Assembly (NCBI GenBank): GCA_032718475.1
Contig: JAUCBJ010001092.1
Coordinates: forward strand, 1 to 54,622
DNA length: 54,622 nucleotides
Direction: 5' to 3'
From: Nemertoderma westbladi
Lineage: Eukaryota > Animalia > Xenacoelomorpha
Positions within the stretch are counted from its first letter, which is position 1; each line of letters starts with the position of its first letter. The translations under genes and the position numbers were made by a program. Shown here piece by piece: positions 1 to 12,629 of this stretch. The notes beneath the pieces are model-generated. The model made no database searches, was not told the origin of the DNA, and was given only the letters and a program-made list of their open reading frames with translations.

Positions 1-1340
1 TCTGCTCAGAGGCTCTCCGTTCTGCTTCGGCCACTGCCCTTTCCGCCTTTGCTTCTGCCGCCGCTGCCTTTGTTTTTGCTATTCTTTCTGCTTCTACTTC
101 TGCCGCCGCTGCCTTTCTTTCTGCTTCTGCTTCTGCCGTAGCCGCCGCCTTTTGTTCCTCTATCCTTCTTTTCTTTATTTGTTCTTCTCGGACTCTAGTG
201 AGACGGAGTTTTTCATCACATTCAGCTTGGTTTGCAGCTAACATTTCGGTATCGATCGCGTCCAATATAAGCTTGGTTCCTTCACTATTAGGGGAAAGTC
301 CATGTAGCCGTCTCCTCAACTCTTCGTCTCCTAGGAATCGCTGATAGTCGGACAAATAAATGTCGATAGCGTCTCTAGTTCGCGGTTTCTCGGCGGCCTC
401 TTCGCTTTCCTCTTGAGCAAGGGTGACATCAGTTTGTTCGGAGACATCAGTTGGTTCCTCATAGATTGATCTCTCAGCCAGCTGGGATTTCCACTGGGCT
501 GTTTCCTGTACTTTGAGATCTACTCGATGTAGCCAAGTTTTGACAGCAACCTGCAGCGACGTGTCCTGTCTTCTTTTGGAAGTTTCCTCAAAGGCTGAGA
601 GGATTAGTCGAATGCGTAGGGTTCTTTCGCGTATTTGATATAGCAGTTCTTCCTGCTCTTGAGGTCCGTGAGGTTGTCGAAACAGTTGTTCCTTCCAATC
701 GCTCCAAGGATCCGAAGAATCCCTGCACATATCCTGCTGCCGACCTCTTCCAAACAGCTGGATCCATTGTATCTTGAGCCACTCCCATCCTGTGTATATC
801 TTCCCAAGTAGCCTCGGACATATCAAACGGAAGTCCGAGTCCGGGAAAGTTCCATTGTGATTCAACAATAGATCTCAATTCTTCCCTGGCGTATCCCGCG
901 TAATTATCTTGGGTCGCTTGCTTATTCTTCGCCCAGTCGGCTTGATGTTCCTCCACCGCAATGAGTATAGTAGTTAGCACTGCAGCAGGAAGAGTAAGAA
1001 GGGGGTCCGAGTAGACTGTATCAGCCATCTGCACTCCATGTTCGGGAGTCAACTCTACAGTATCCGAACTGCTGGAGCTATCTGGTCTCTGGGAAGTAGG
1101 TTCTTGACCAAGATGTTGCTGCGATAGGACAGCTGCCTCTTGGTCCCGTTTTACCTGTGCCCGAGTGCCTATGATGGACCTATGGTGGACTAGCCTAGGG
1201 TCTGATACTACTGGAGGGATGACCTTTTTTACAGTAGGAGGTGAGCCGAACTTCTCTATTATTCGCTCCACACTCCTATCTGAATCACAGATAGTTGTAT
1301 CGATCAGACTGTCCGACAGGTTTTGCTGAGTGTCAGACAT
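1..1340 (-). pseudogene. Frameshifted coding remnant with a Glu/Ala/Lys-rich coiled-coil C-terminal part; possibly the gag-like ORF of a decayed retroelement
   Basis: The 250-aa ORF 588..1340 is followed by protein-like reading in other frames (…LRIRLILSAFEETSKRR…, then …EEQKAAATAEAEAEKKAAAAEVEAERIAK…) toward the window edge. At least two frameshifts are needed. No diagnostic domain was recognised. Confidence 0.35.
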
Positions 1341-2685
1341 GTTTAGTTATACAGTTGAATGTCTACTACTATAGTTTCAGTTAAAGCAAGTCTAGTAATT
1401 CAGTATGACCGCAAGCCTAGCGATTTATTACCGGTACCGTTACCCAGTGTAACGTGATATATACACAATATATTAGAATACCGGTATGCTTATAATATAT
1501 AAGTGTTATTACAGACTAGATGTGTCACAGAGTACCGGTATATAATTTTAGCACAAATATATATTATATATAGTAGGCCTATAATGAATACCGGTATACA
1601 GCTTACACTTATAGTATATAAGTATAATTCTGGACTAGAATTAATTACAGAGTACCGGTATGATTTCAGCTCAAATTTATAGAAATAAATATAATAAGCC
1701 TATGGTAAGTACCGGTATGTCAATTATTTTTAGAATAATTGAATTTCTGAATATTTTAGGGCTACTTGGTTACTTTAACTTACTTTGTTACCGTTATTTA
1801 AGCAGTAGTCCAACTGATAGTGAGACCTAGTTTTGTATGGCAGGCCTACTATTTATAAATCGTTTTGAGTTGATTTATAATAGATATATACCCGTTTAAA
1901 AGGGTTTTTGACAATATTTGAAATAAATGTTATTATTTCTGGGGAAGTCACTACACAGAAGCTGAACGCCTCTAAGTGAAGTGCTATTTATTTGACACTA
2001 AAACTGATAATTCTAATTTACCTAAGTTACTTAATACTACAAATTACTTACGATACGGGTGAGATTAATTCTCTAATTAAACACAACAAAATATTACGTA
2101 CGAATTTTTAGGGTAATTTTACAGGAAGTCTACAAACCAGTCCAACAAAGGGTTAGATTTCTGGCTATTACAAAGGACAGGGTACTACGGTATTTAAATA
2201 ATAAGTAGTAGTAAATATATTGTACTGTCCAGATAGGAAAATACCACCGCCTGACGACCTATAACCGTATCGCTATAGGTACTACGTTATGTATCACGGA
2301 TTGTTCCTACCCAGAAGCTAATAGAGCTAACGAATGTGCCTATCAACCACTTTACAACACAAATATACTGCCTACACTAATTACTTCGGAAGGCACTGTA
2401 CTCTAAACCCTAAATTAGGTACAAGTACCGGTATAACAAATAATCAGTAGTTAAATATACTTGAACAGTTAAAAGAACCACGGCATCTGCTGGAGTGACC
2501 GAAGCACAAAGTCGTCAGTCTTTACCTACGCCAAGCAGCCCTGATGTAGTACCGGGGTTAGTTTAACTATAACGGTATGTATAACAAGCACAATTACTGT
2601 AGGAATAAACTTGGGGACATGAATGTTGCGAATAATCGCATAAACTCTGAATAATAAATATTACGCTACCCGTACAGAATACTCA

Positions 2686-3225
2686 AACAAATACAAACCA
2701 AACGCTGGCAGACTACTATTAAGCCTAAACAAACTACTGTATGTGCAGATTCTGAAACTGTTAGTTAGTATGCGTGCTAACACGGTAGTACGACTTACTC
2801 TTTAAGAGGGGATTGACCTTACAGTGTTGACTGCCCCAACTCACTAACGGCACTTGATCAGACCAACTCTACACACGCAGCAATCCCTTCAGACCTAAAA
2901 ATAGCTAGACAACAATCCAGCCTACAAATATTTGAGTAATAACTATTACGGTACCTGAACAGACCACACAAACAAACACAGGCCAAAACACTGGCAGACT
3001 ACGATCAAGCCTAAATAAACTACAGTATATGCAGACTCTGAAACTGTTAGTTAGTATGCGTGCTAACACGGTAGTACGACTTACTCTTTAAGAGGGGATT
3101 GACCTTACAGTTATGACTGCCCCAACTTACTAACGGCACTTTATCAGACAAACTCTACACACGCCGCAATCTCTCCAAACCCAACCACAGTCAGACAGCA
3201 GCTCAGCCTACAATTATCTGAACAA
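2686..3225. repeat. Tandem duplication, ~286 bp period, 2 copies
   Basis: The block ctgaaactgttagttagtatgcgtgctaacacggtagtacgacttactctttaagaggggattgaccttacag starts at both 2752 and 3038. Confidence 0.9.
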
Positions 3226-3472
3226 TCTGAGCAGACTTACACGTCTTCTGCTCAATATTAACTTACTAGGAAATAAAACTGACAGAAATAAGTAAGCTCC
3301 AAAAGAAACAAGGGGTGTACAGTCCCTAATCTCTTAAACAGCCTACCGGTATACAATAATCAAAATCGAATAATACTAAAAGTACTTGTACAGCAGTACC
3401 GGTACCGGTGATGACAGTTAGGCCTACTGACCTACAAAGTACCGGTTCAGTTTTACCGGTCACTACGGTATT

Positions 3473-3670
3473 TTGCAACCTTATTGCCTACTGCAATAAG
3501 ATTGTAAACTGTTACTGTTCGACAGAACAGTATTTTACTGTATTTAATGCCTACACTTGCAACCTTATTGCTTACTGCAATAAGATTATAAACTGTTACT
3601 GTTCGACAGAACAGTATTAAACTGGATTTAATGCTTACACTGCAATACAGTATAAACTGTTACTGTTCGC
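3473..3670. repeat. Tandem duplication, 84 bp period, ~2.4 copies
   Basis: ttgcaaccttattgcYtactgcaataagattRtaaactgttactgttcgacagaacagtatt occurs at 3473 and 3557, with a partial third copy. Confidence 0.85.
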
Positions 3671-4628
3671 GCTTTTGAAGACCTTTAGCAGTTTAACCTG
3701 CCAAAATTTATATGTCTTTTCGTTAATTAAAACCACTTTAGCATACGACAATAATTTATGCTAATACGCAAAACATTAGCCGAAGTCAGCCCATGCGCGA
3801 TCATTCACCCGATGGATCTACACCCGGGAGACTGAATTCGGATGCTTGAATTGTATTATTACAGTGTAAGGTTGCAGTGTATACCTAATGTATTATTCGA
3901 TAGATCGTTAATGATTAATCTCTGACAGATATTATTGGCTTTCGGGAAATATTAACAGTTCCTTTAGGACGTGGCGCTTTATATACAGCAGTATCTATCC
4001 AAAAATGCCGGTGTTTCTGGCTTAGACAGCAATAACAACAAAGTAACAAGAAAAAACAGTAAGACTGAACACTCTCCTTATGATCGACTAAAAGCTACAC
4101 GTCGACAGGAAAAACCGCCCTGATTGGCCCAAGCCAAACAAAGAACCACGCGTCCAATGGCTGTTTCCATGTCAGCAACCAGCTGCTAGATGTCGTAATA
4201 TGAATCATCACGGCTAAGCTGTGAAAGGTGGTTGGTGCATTACAAGTTTTTTGTCTTACCATGTCCACTAAAACACGTATATAGCAGAATTACTTTTATG
4301 TCCGTTAAAACCCCTGTAAAGGTACCTTGCGGGCGAGGGGAATATATATACAGTTAGAAAACCTTTTTAGAGTATTCCAGCGCCTGGGGGAGAACTGGCC
4401 AGCAAAGGCAAACGTATCAGTTATCCCACAAAAGCTTTTACAGCTGTATTGCATTTTGTAAGTACCCGAAACGTGACTACCTAAATCCTGGAAAAGGAGC
4501 ATCTTTATCTCAACCAATAGAACTCTCGCAATCTCTACCAATAGGAATATCACATAAACGAATTGTTGTGGGGTGGGTGACGGCGAATTAAATATATATT
4601 AAGTTATATTACATTATGATACAATGCT

Positions 4629-4768
4629 CTCCATGGCGAAAAATATCAACCGCCCCTATTGGGGCTCGAACCCGGACCTGGGTTTCAAACTTCCGGTTAT
4701 CATCAGCCGAGTGTATGTCCGAAGATCACTGAGCTACCAGGGCGGTAGAAGATTTATTCGCTATGGAG
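4629..4768 (-). ncRNA. tRNA-derived Pol III module with an embedded degenerate hammerhead core, flanked by imperfect inverted repeats
   Basis: On the - strand: A-box TAGCTCAGTGA (4726-4736), B-box GGTTCGAGCCC (4662-4672), and between them ACTCGG-CTGATGA-tAACcggaaGTTt-GAAA-CCcaGG-T-CCGGGT. The flanks 4629-4655 and 4740-4768 are imperfect inverted repeats. A T5 run follows the 3' end. Confidence 0.5.
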
Positions 4769-6140
4769 TGGGCTCTATTCCAGAATCAGTCGCATGCGCA
4801 AAATCGCTTAACCTGTTCAAGAAAGGTCTCGATTGTGTCGATCTCCTACAATGGTGCACCGTTTCATGGAAAAATTCAATGGAAACAGCATACGTTTATG
4901 AGAGACCCTGATAATTAAATATTTATTAATCATTACATTATATATTTTATAGTTTGCACGCTTCATTTTACTCAAGATATGACTCCCTCACGACAGGCGC
5001 CACTTTTTCTTATATGATATTGATCATTGGTATGAATTAGAATGTTACTGTATTTTATATATTTATTCATAATTAACTAATGTAAGTCTTTCTAATGTAT
5101 CTTTAAATTAATAACAACTAATAAACGAATTAAATATAAACGAATATTTCATTATTATATTAATCTATGACATTGCCAAATCCCACAATAAATCCCATCA
5201 TAGTTTATTATTTAATATAATATATAAAACAGACATTGTCCCACCACCAGCTAACGTAGCCTAGGTAACAAGAATAACAATAACAATATAGGCCTACATA
5301 AAAATACCAGTATATTACTAAAACTAGGCCTAAAAGAGTCGTGATGCGCAGTTCAAAACCTGGACATGCAGACAGGTGATTTAGTCGCCTATGGGTACGG
5401 CGACGTATCGGTGTCCGAGTTGGCCATCTGTATCGGAGTCTCGCAGCGTACCGGTCGATTCCGTGCAGAACGCGCACCCCGCAGACACACTAAACCCGCG
5501 CGGAGGAATGCGAAACTCAATTCACGGCGGATCCAACGAATACACTCGGAGTCCCACAATACGTTTTAGAAAAATTATTTACATGGTTAAACTTAAATTT
5601 GATTTAAATTTAATTTATTCGTAATTAACTATGGAATAAATTATCTTATTATAACCTATCCAATCTGCAAATATTAAATATTTTATTAATTATAATAGAC
5701 ATTGTGCATGGTAGTGTGACATTCAGTGCATTGACTACTTGATTTATGCAATAAACTTCGTGGAACTGATCCAATTTATTTTATTTTAGAACTTGAATAA
5801 ATACTTTAGGAGCCGATGGTGCTAACAAGCATGGTCGGAAGACTATTTGCGTTATATTTTAATTAGCCTATAAATCAGAAATCTTACGTAAAGACGTGTA
5901 AATATCTTTAAATCTAGTAATTAATTTTAAATCTGTAAAGTTCATAACTTTATGTATATATACATATTAATTGTTGTTTATATTGTATTATTTTACTCTG
6001 ATTAAGTTGTTTATTTTACTGTAAATGTCTGTTCCTGATATGGTGATTAAACAAATTCAAATTCAATTAAATTCAGCAGTACTGCAGTAGACCTACCAGC
6101 CTACCGCAGTACCGGTACTTACAATACAACAAACTTGGGA

Positions 6141-7256
6141 ATGTTGGCAACGTCTCCTAAACTTAAAAACAATCATGACCACGAATTATATTTTCGACAG
6201 GCGAAGGATGACATAAAATTGGTCGGGGTGGCTGTGGCCCCCAGTGGGAAAGAAGGAGACCGATATGCAACAGTGGCAACGTGTGGAGGACCAATGATAA
6301 CCGTGTGGGTGCTTGATACATCCCGAAAGGAAAAGGAAATGATTGAAAAGGTGAACCAATGGACAGACGGGAACAAAGAGGAAGATTATTACACGTGTTG
6401 TTGGACGGCGTTGGGCATGTTGGGGGACCGTAGACGGTACCTCGCCTTTGGCGGGAAACTCGGCGTGTTGCGTGTGCTGAGTATGGGTGCCGGGGACGGG
6501 CTGTCGGTTCGATTCGTGGCGCACGGTGGACCCATCAACCACATGGTCTGCGGCAGACGGAACCCCGAACTCTTGTTTACCTGCAGCGAGGACCTCTCTG
6601 TACGGATGTGGCGACTCCCCAAGGCCGATCAAGTGGCTCAGTTCGACGGAATATCCGGCCACACGGCCGCGGTACTCGCCGTCGATGTGCACACGAGCGG
6701 AGAGTGGGTGGTGAGCGGCGGCATGGACCGTCAGATTAAAGTCTGGTCGGTACCCTTAGATCTGTCCTCTACCAAAAAGGATCAGCACATCAGGAAACCA
6801 TGTTTCTCTTCGCATGTCGTTCACTGGGATTACGTTGATTGCGTTAAATTCTACGGAGATGTGATAATCTCCAAGTCGTGCAATACTAAAGGGGGCAATA
6901 ACTCGATAGTGATGTGGAAGGTGGGAGGTCCGTTGGACAAGGTGTTGGACAGCCTGAAGGACAGACGGAGACCGGATCCAGGGAGGTTCACCGTATTGAT
7001 GAAGTTCGATGTGGAGAACTTGGATCTTTGGTTCATGAAGTTCAGTGTGAGTGTGGTTGGCAGGCAACTTGTTTGCGGTAACTGCGTCGGTCGCATATAT
7101 GTCTGGGACATTCCGACCGGGACGTACTGCCACTTACAGCACAAGAGCATCGCCAAGTTGCCGATCAGAATGTCGGTAGTGCGGCCCAATGGGGATGTAA
7201 TTGGTGTCGGAGATGCAAAAGAACTGGTTTATTGGAAATATAAAATAAAGGAATGA
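6141..7256 (+). CDS. EED: Polycomb protein EED/Esc-family WD40 subunit of PRC2 (divergent, single exon)
   Basis: Motifs collinear with EED/Esc/FIE: KEGD..ATCG, EEDYYTCCW, HGGPINHM, LFTCSEDLSVRMW, GISGHTAAVL, SGGMDRQIKVW, HWDYVDCVKFYGDVIISKSC, DLWFMKFS, GNCVGRIYVWD. The first ATG is at 6141; the ORF track starts at TTG 6135. Confidence 0.88.
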   Translation: MLATSPKLKNNHDHELYFRQAKDDIKLVGVAVAPSGKEGDRYATVATCGGPMITVWVLDTSRKEKEMIEKVNQWTDGNKEEDYYTCCWTALGMLGDRRRYLAFGGKLGVLRVLSMGAGDGLSVRFVAHGGPINHMVCGRRNPELLFTCSEDLSVRMWRLPKADQVAQFDGISGHTAAVLAVDVHTSGEWVVSGGMDRQIKVWSVPLDLSSTKKDQHIRKPCFSSHVVHWDYVDCVKFYGDVIISKSCNTKGGNNSIVMWKVGGPLDKVLDSLKDRRRPDPGRFTVLMKFDVENLDLWFMKFSVSVVGRQLVCGNCVGRIYVWDIPTGTYCHLQHKSIAKLPIRMSVVRPNGDVIGVGDAKELVYWKYKIKE

Positions 7257-7529
7257 ACCAACATAGTCATTATGCAATAACTGAGATGTTGCAGTTTGTA
7301 TTTTGTTTATTTTTGTGGTTATGTAGATTTTGTCGATATGCAGTTTTAATATTTTAATTACTTTTTAATACATTTAGGACTCCGATCGTTATATTCATTC
7401 TTGTTCGCGCTTTTAGAAGACTTAGATAATTTTCACCGTCAAATTTTATTATCACAGAAATCTTGCTTAAGTGCCAAACGGGATAACATCAGATATAAAT
7501 CAGCTAGCGCGGTGTATGACACACCTTAA

Positions 7530-8433
7530 GGGGGGGTTTACCCCCCCCCCCCCCCCCCCCCTCAGGTAAAATTTTCAAATTGTTGTTTCTTTATTTCACC
7601 TAGAGCAGAATTTAATGAGGATTACAAATCTGAAAACCGCTTAGTGAGACCTCTTTCAGTTCTCGAGTTATCACTGTTTTTCCGTATGACGGTCTGTCCG
7701 TCAAATTGTAAGAAAGACAGAAGACCGACAGACAGACAGATAGACTAGATTCCACCAAAAATTAAAACTGACATCGGAAATGAAATCAGCGACCCCGAAA
7801 ACCCCAGTAATGAACATTTTAGCTCGTTGGTGTGCATCCTTCGTGCCAGAAATAATTAACCAACCAGAACACAGACAGCCAATTTTGGCGGGACGGTTTA
7901 AACTTTGAAGGGCATTTTCTCGGAATGACATTTTTCATTTTCAAATTACTACTCCTCCGTCATTTTTCAACCAATTTTCTTCGTTTATGGCTCATTCGAA
8001 CGAGCTTTGGAAGCTCTTTAAAAGTTATCTTATGGAATTTTGATAAATATTACCATTTTTTCTAATTAGACAATTTTAATAAAATATATAATTAATTAAT
8101 TAATTAATTAATTAATAAAAATGGCTAATTAAAAATTCTATAAGATAACTTTTGTAGAGTCGATCACGCTGAGTCCTAAAAAGTTGGTTTCAACAAATTT
8201 GGACCAAAATTGGGGGACTAGTGGCAATTTTAGTGAAATCTTTAATTCCGCCGCCACCCGCTAGGGGAGGCTATAAATTTTCAAATTTTACTATAAAGAC
8301 AATTTGGCCTTCCATACAGTGGTTGACCATGACAAAATAGCAATATTATCATTCAACACTAATTGACAGCCATTTTAAAAAGGTTCATACCCGGGGGGTT
8401 CATACACCCCCCCCCCCCCCCCCCCCCCCCCCC
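7530..8433. mobile_element. Non-autonomous TTAA-flanked DNA transposon, Kolobok-like
   Basis: TTAA (7526-7529) followed by GGGGGGG at the left end; poly-C followed by TTAA (8434-8437) at the right. RR…YY termini with a TTAA TSD fit Kolobok rather than piggyBac. No coding capacity. Confidence 0.5.
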
Positions 8434-8963
8434 TTAATGTGAGTGTGAGATATATCGGCTTATTAGAATTAGGCTGGTTATGTATCATTCGATTGATTCT
8501 CGCTTTATAATTCTAACAATTGTGTTCACTTACGGGATAGTATTAACAGTTCCGTTTTAGGCATTGTGTTCTAGATAACAGACAGGTATATGACTTGACT
8601 TAATGTAATTACAACAGATTATTAATTATAATTATAGTTTGTCACATCCTTTAAAGGATGTGGTATTATGGACCCAACTGAAATACACCCTGAGACCTAA
8701 TTTACTGACTTGGGGCAATTTTACTCATGAATAAGGAGTACACAGGCTCACACACGTTGGGGCTATCGGATAACATGTATTCTCATGCACAAACCAATTG
8801 ATTGTGAATCGAGACTGCTAATTAACCGCTAATTAACCGCTAATTAACCGCTCTTAGCTTGCCTCGTTAAATATGAATATAAACAAGTTATGCGGTATTA
8901 ATGTTACAGAATCTCCATTACCAAATACATAAATTGACCATCAAATATAACAAATAAATAGGT

Positions 8964-10057
8964 GGTATACAGACGTTTCGGCCTAGGACGTTTCGGTCCA
9001 GGACGTTTCAGCCCGGACATTTCGGCCCGGATGATTCGGCCCGGACGTTTCGGCCCGGACGTTTCGGCCCATGACTGTAACCGAATGAAAAGGCCAACTT
9101 GTTTGATATGATAATAACTATTCATTAAAATTATAATTATTTCACAATAACATACAAACACTTAATGAAATATCTTTCATGAAATGGCTATTTAATTTAT
9201 TTCAAAATAAAATAAACATTATGCATGTGGTGCTCTGCCCCATTTATGTTTTGCGGCCGAAAAAATGCAAGTCAGAACAAATCTATTGCTCTCGAGTACC
9301 ACATTGCTAATATACAGTACTACCAAAGTGAATCAATTTCACGAACCATGTAGGGCTTAATCTCGTCTGATCGATATATTTTGGAGATACTTCATTGATT
9401 TTAAACATTACTCAATTGATAATTGTTGTAGCTGGACAGTGTATTGCAGCTATGTCTTAATGATCTGTTGAAACAATAACTCTCATCTCGATGATAGATG
9501 ATTTATACCCATAGATAACGACGTATAATGCTTTTATTAATACATATTTTATTTCACTTCACATCCACTCTGGTCCTTTTAATACGCATATATTTCCTCT
9601 AAATTTAAATTTAATACCCATATATTTCATCTAAATTTAAATTTAATACGCATATATTTTATCTCATTCCATATGACATCCAGTCTGTCTCATAATTATT
9701 AGCAATGCCCCTTTAATGGAATATTTCTTATCTATTATATTTTTAAGTTTAACATTAAAATACAGTAATAATTTTAATAATAATAATAATATTACATTAG
9801 TTATTATTTATAAATATAATGTAGAACTTCGATCTTGACGACTTTCAAACAGGTGTCGGAGCAGCTACTGACAACTCCTCTTGTAACGAACGTAACAACT
9901 ACAAAACAAATATATTGAATAATTTATTATTAATAGCTTATTTAAGGGAGTAAAGTGAATCTTTGGGCCAAAACGTCCGACAAGCAAATCTTGTATTTCG
10001 TTTATTGGGCCGAAACGTCCTAGGCCAAAATGTCTCAGACCGAAACGTCTGTTACCC
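8964..10057. mobile_element. Non-autonomous MULE-like element (MITE) with 9-bp TSD and 15-bp subterminal repeats
   Basis: TSD taaataggt at 8955-8963 and 10058-10066. The ends are inverted arrays of ggacgtttcggccY (8970-9072) and ggccgaaacgtcc (9966-10052). Confidence 0.8.
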
Positions 10058-10500
10058 TAAATAGGTACTGGTACAACAGTAAGTCAGTACAATTGAGTGT
10101 TTTATCGGTGTTATTTCAGTGTTATGGTAATTGACTATAATTCCTAAACTTTTAGCCAGATGTTAATGGCAAACCTCCTTTCTGCTATTAGCAAAGCAGA
10201 ATACTGAACAAAGAAATCTCAAACTGTGGCATAAAACTAAAATGGCTGCCAATGTAGAATCTCAGAATTCCGTAGAACCATGCACCATGGTGATTGATAT
10301 AGCAACTTCCAATCAGAAGCTTAGTCACCGCATTATTTACTGCCACGTTATTTAACATGTACCAATATATCATAACACCGATTTCCTCATGCACCTCGCT
10401 CGACTGATAACGCACTTATCTATTATCTCAAGCGTTTATCATATACCACATAAGGGGCGTAGATCATAATATCGATTAATGATAATGATTCTGCAGCAAA

Positions 10501-12041
10501 ACACAATTCGTATGAGAGTGGTTTCCCTTTACACAACTCGTATGAGAGTGGTTTCCCTTTACACAACTCGTATGAGAGTGGTTTCCCTTTACACAACTCG
10601 TATGAGAGTGGTTTCCCTTTACACAACTCGTATGAGAGTGGTTCCCTTTACACAACTCGTATGAGAGTGGTTTCCCTTTACACAACTCGTATGGGAGTGG
10701 TTTCCCTTTACACAACTCGTATGAGAGTGGATTCCCTTTACACAACTCGTATGAGAGTGGTTTCCCTTTACACAACTCGTATGAGAGTGGTTTCCCTTTA
10801 CACAACTCGTATGGGAGTGGTTTCCCTTTACACAACTCGTATGAGAGTGGTTTCCCTTTACACAACTCGTATGGGAGTGGTTTCCCTTTACACAACTCGT
10901 ATGAGAGTGGATTCCCTTTACACAACTCGTATTAGAGTGGTTTCCCTTTACACAACTCGTATGAGAGTGGATTCCCTTTACACAACTCGTATGAGAGTGG
11001 ATTCCCTTTACACAACTCGTATGAGAGTGGTTTCCCTTTACACAACTCGTATGAGACTGGTTTCCCTTTACACAACTCGTATGGGAGTGGTTTCCCTTTA
11101 CACAACTCGTATGAGAGTGGTTTCCCTTTACACAACTCGTATGGGAGTGGTTTCCCTTTACACAACTCGTATGAGAGTGGATTCCCTTTACACAACTCTA
11201 TGAGAGTGGTTTCCCTTTACACAACTCGTATGAGAGTGGTTTCCCTTTACACAACTCGTATGGGAGTGGTTTCCCTTTACACAACTCGTATGAGAGTGGT
11301 TTCCCTTTACACAACTCGTATGGGAGTGGTTTCCCTTTACACAACTCGTATAAGAGTGGATTCCCTTTACACAACTCGTATTAGAGTGGTTTCCCTTTAC
11401 ACAACTCGTATGAGAGTGGTTTCCCTTTACACAACTCGTATGGGAGTGGTTTCCCTTTACACAACTCGTATGAGAGTGGTTTCCCTTTACACAACTCGTA
11501 TGAGAGTGGTTTCCCTTTACACAACTCGTATGGGAGTGGTTTCCCTTTACACAACTCGTATGAGAGTGGATTCCCTTTACACAACTCGTATTAGAGTGGT
11601 TTCCCTTTACACAACTCGTATGAGAGTGGTTTCCCTTTACACAACTCGTATGAGAGTGGTTTCCCTTTACACAACTCGTATGAGATGGTTTCCCTTTACA
11701 CAACTCGTATGGATGGTTCCCTTTACACAACTCGTATGAGAGTGGTTTCCCTTTACACAACTCGTATGAGGAGTGGTTTCCCTTTACACAACTCGTATGA
11801 GAGTGGTTTCCCTTTACACAACTCGTATGAGAGTGGTTTCCCTTTACACAACTCGTATGAGAGTGGTTCCCTTTACACAACTCGTATGAGAGTGGTTTCC
11901 CTTTACACAACTCGTATGGAGTGGTTTCCCTTTACACAACTCGTATGAGAGTGGATTCCCTTTACACAACTCGTATGAGACTGGTTTCCCTTTACACAAC
12001 TCGTATGAGAGTGGTTTCCCTTTACACAACTCGTATGAGAG
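10501..12041. repeat. 30-bp minisatellite, ~51 copies
   Basis: Unit acacaactcgtatgagagtggtttcccttt repeats head-to-tail with only point variants and no spacers. Confidence 0.97.
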
Positions 12042-12344
12042 TTTTCTATAAGGTGAACATTATCTATTAGATCGATATCCATTAGGTAATGCTATGCTAT
12101 GCCGTGTTATAGGCGTATACCAGCATGCATAACTGATAATTGAATAAACTGATACTCCATTGATGGACATGGTCAGAGTCTCAGTATCAGAAAATAAATT
12201 GTCTAAGTCACTATTATTGTACAACAGACTACAGATTATGACTTAGGGTTAGGGTTACATGACAGTTTTAATTATAGTTGAGGCCTGACCAACTAACCCT
12301 AACCAAAATAATAAACGAACTAAAATAACCGCCTGGTATGTATG

Positions 12345-12542
12345 TAGCCTTTGATTCGTTGTACCCGTTTGTATGTTGTACACTTTGACTCGTTTTGTCT
12401 GTACCCATTGACGTCATGTTTTGTGCACTTTGACCGGCTGGTTTGTACCCTTTGTCTTGTTGTACCCTTTCATGTTGTACTCTTTGACTTGTTTTATTCC
12501 CTTTGACTCGTTGTACCCATTGACCTTTGTACCAATTGACCT
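12345..12542. repeat. Degenerate ~15-17 bp repeat (ttgtacccWttgac), probably a subterminal array of a decayed TIR element
   Basis: Recurrent gtaccc/gtacac…ttgac units. Confidence 0.55.
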
Positions 12543-12629
12543 AAAGCGCTACGCCTTTACATTACAATTGAGCTTAGTCTGAGTTGATGACAGTATAAAT
12601 TATAACTAAATATGGACATATTTCGTGAA

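Noticed and set aside
2251-2290. Additional hammerhead (ctgacga followed by the stem cctata…tatagg)
   Set aside because: There is no GAAA after the stem and no stem I or III pairing.
10423-12029. ORFs such as (CKGKPLSYEL)n and (MRVVSLYTTR)n
   Set aside because: They are by-products of a stop-free 30-bp repeat, open in several frames on both strands.
10501-12041. CRISPR-like array of 30-bp repeats
   Set aside because: The units are contiguous with no unique spacers, there are no cas genes, and the context is eukaryotic. It is a minisatellite.
12243-12304. Telomere or telomere-fusion site (ttagggttagggtta … taaccctaacc)
   Set aside because: Only 2-2.5 units on each side, which is too short. 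Such motifs are common inside small TEs.
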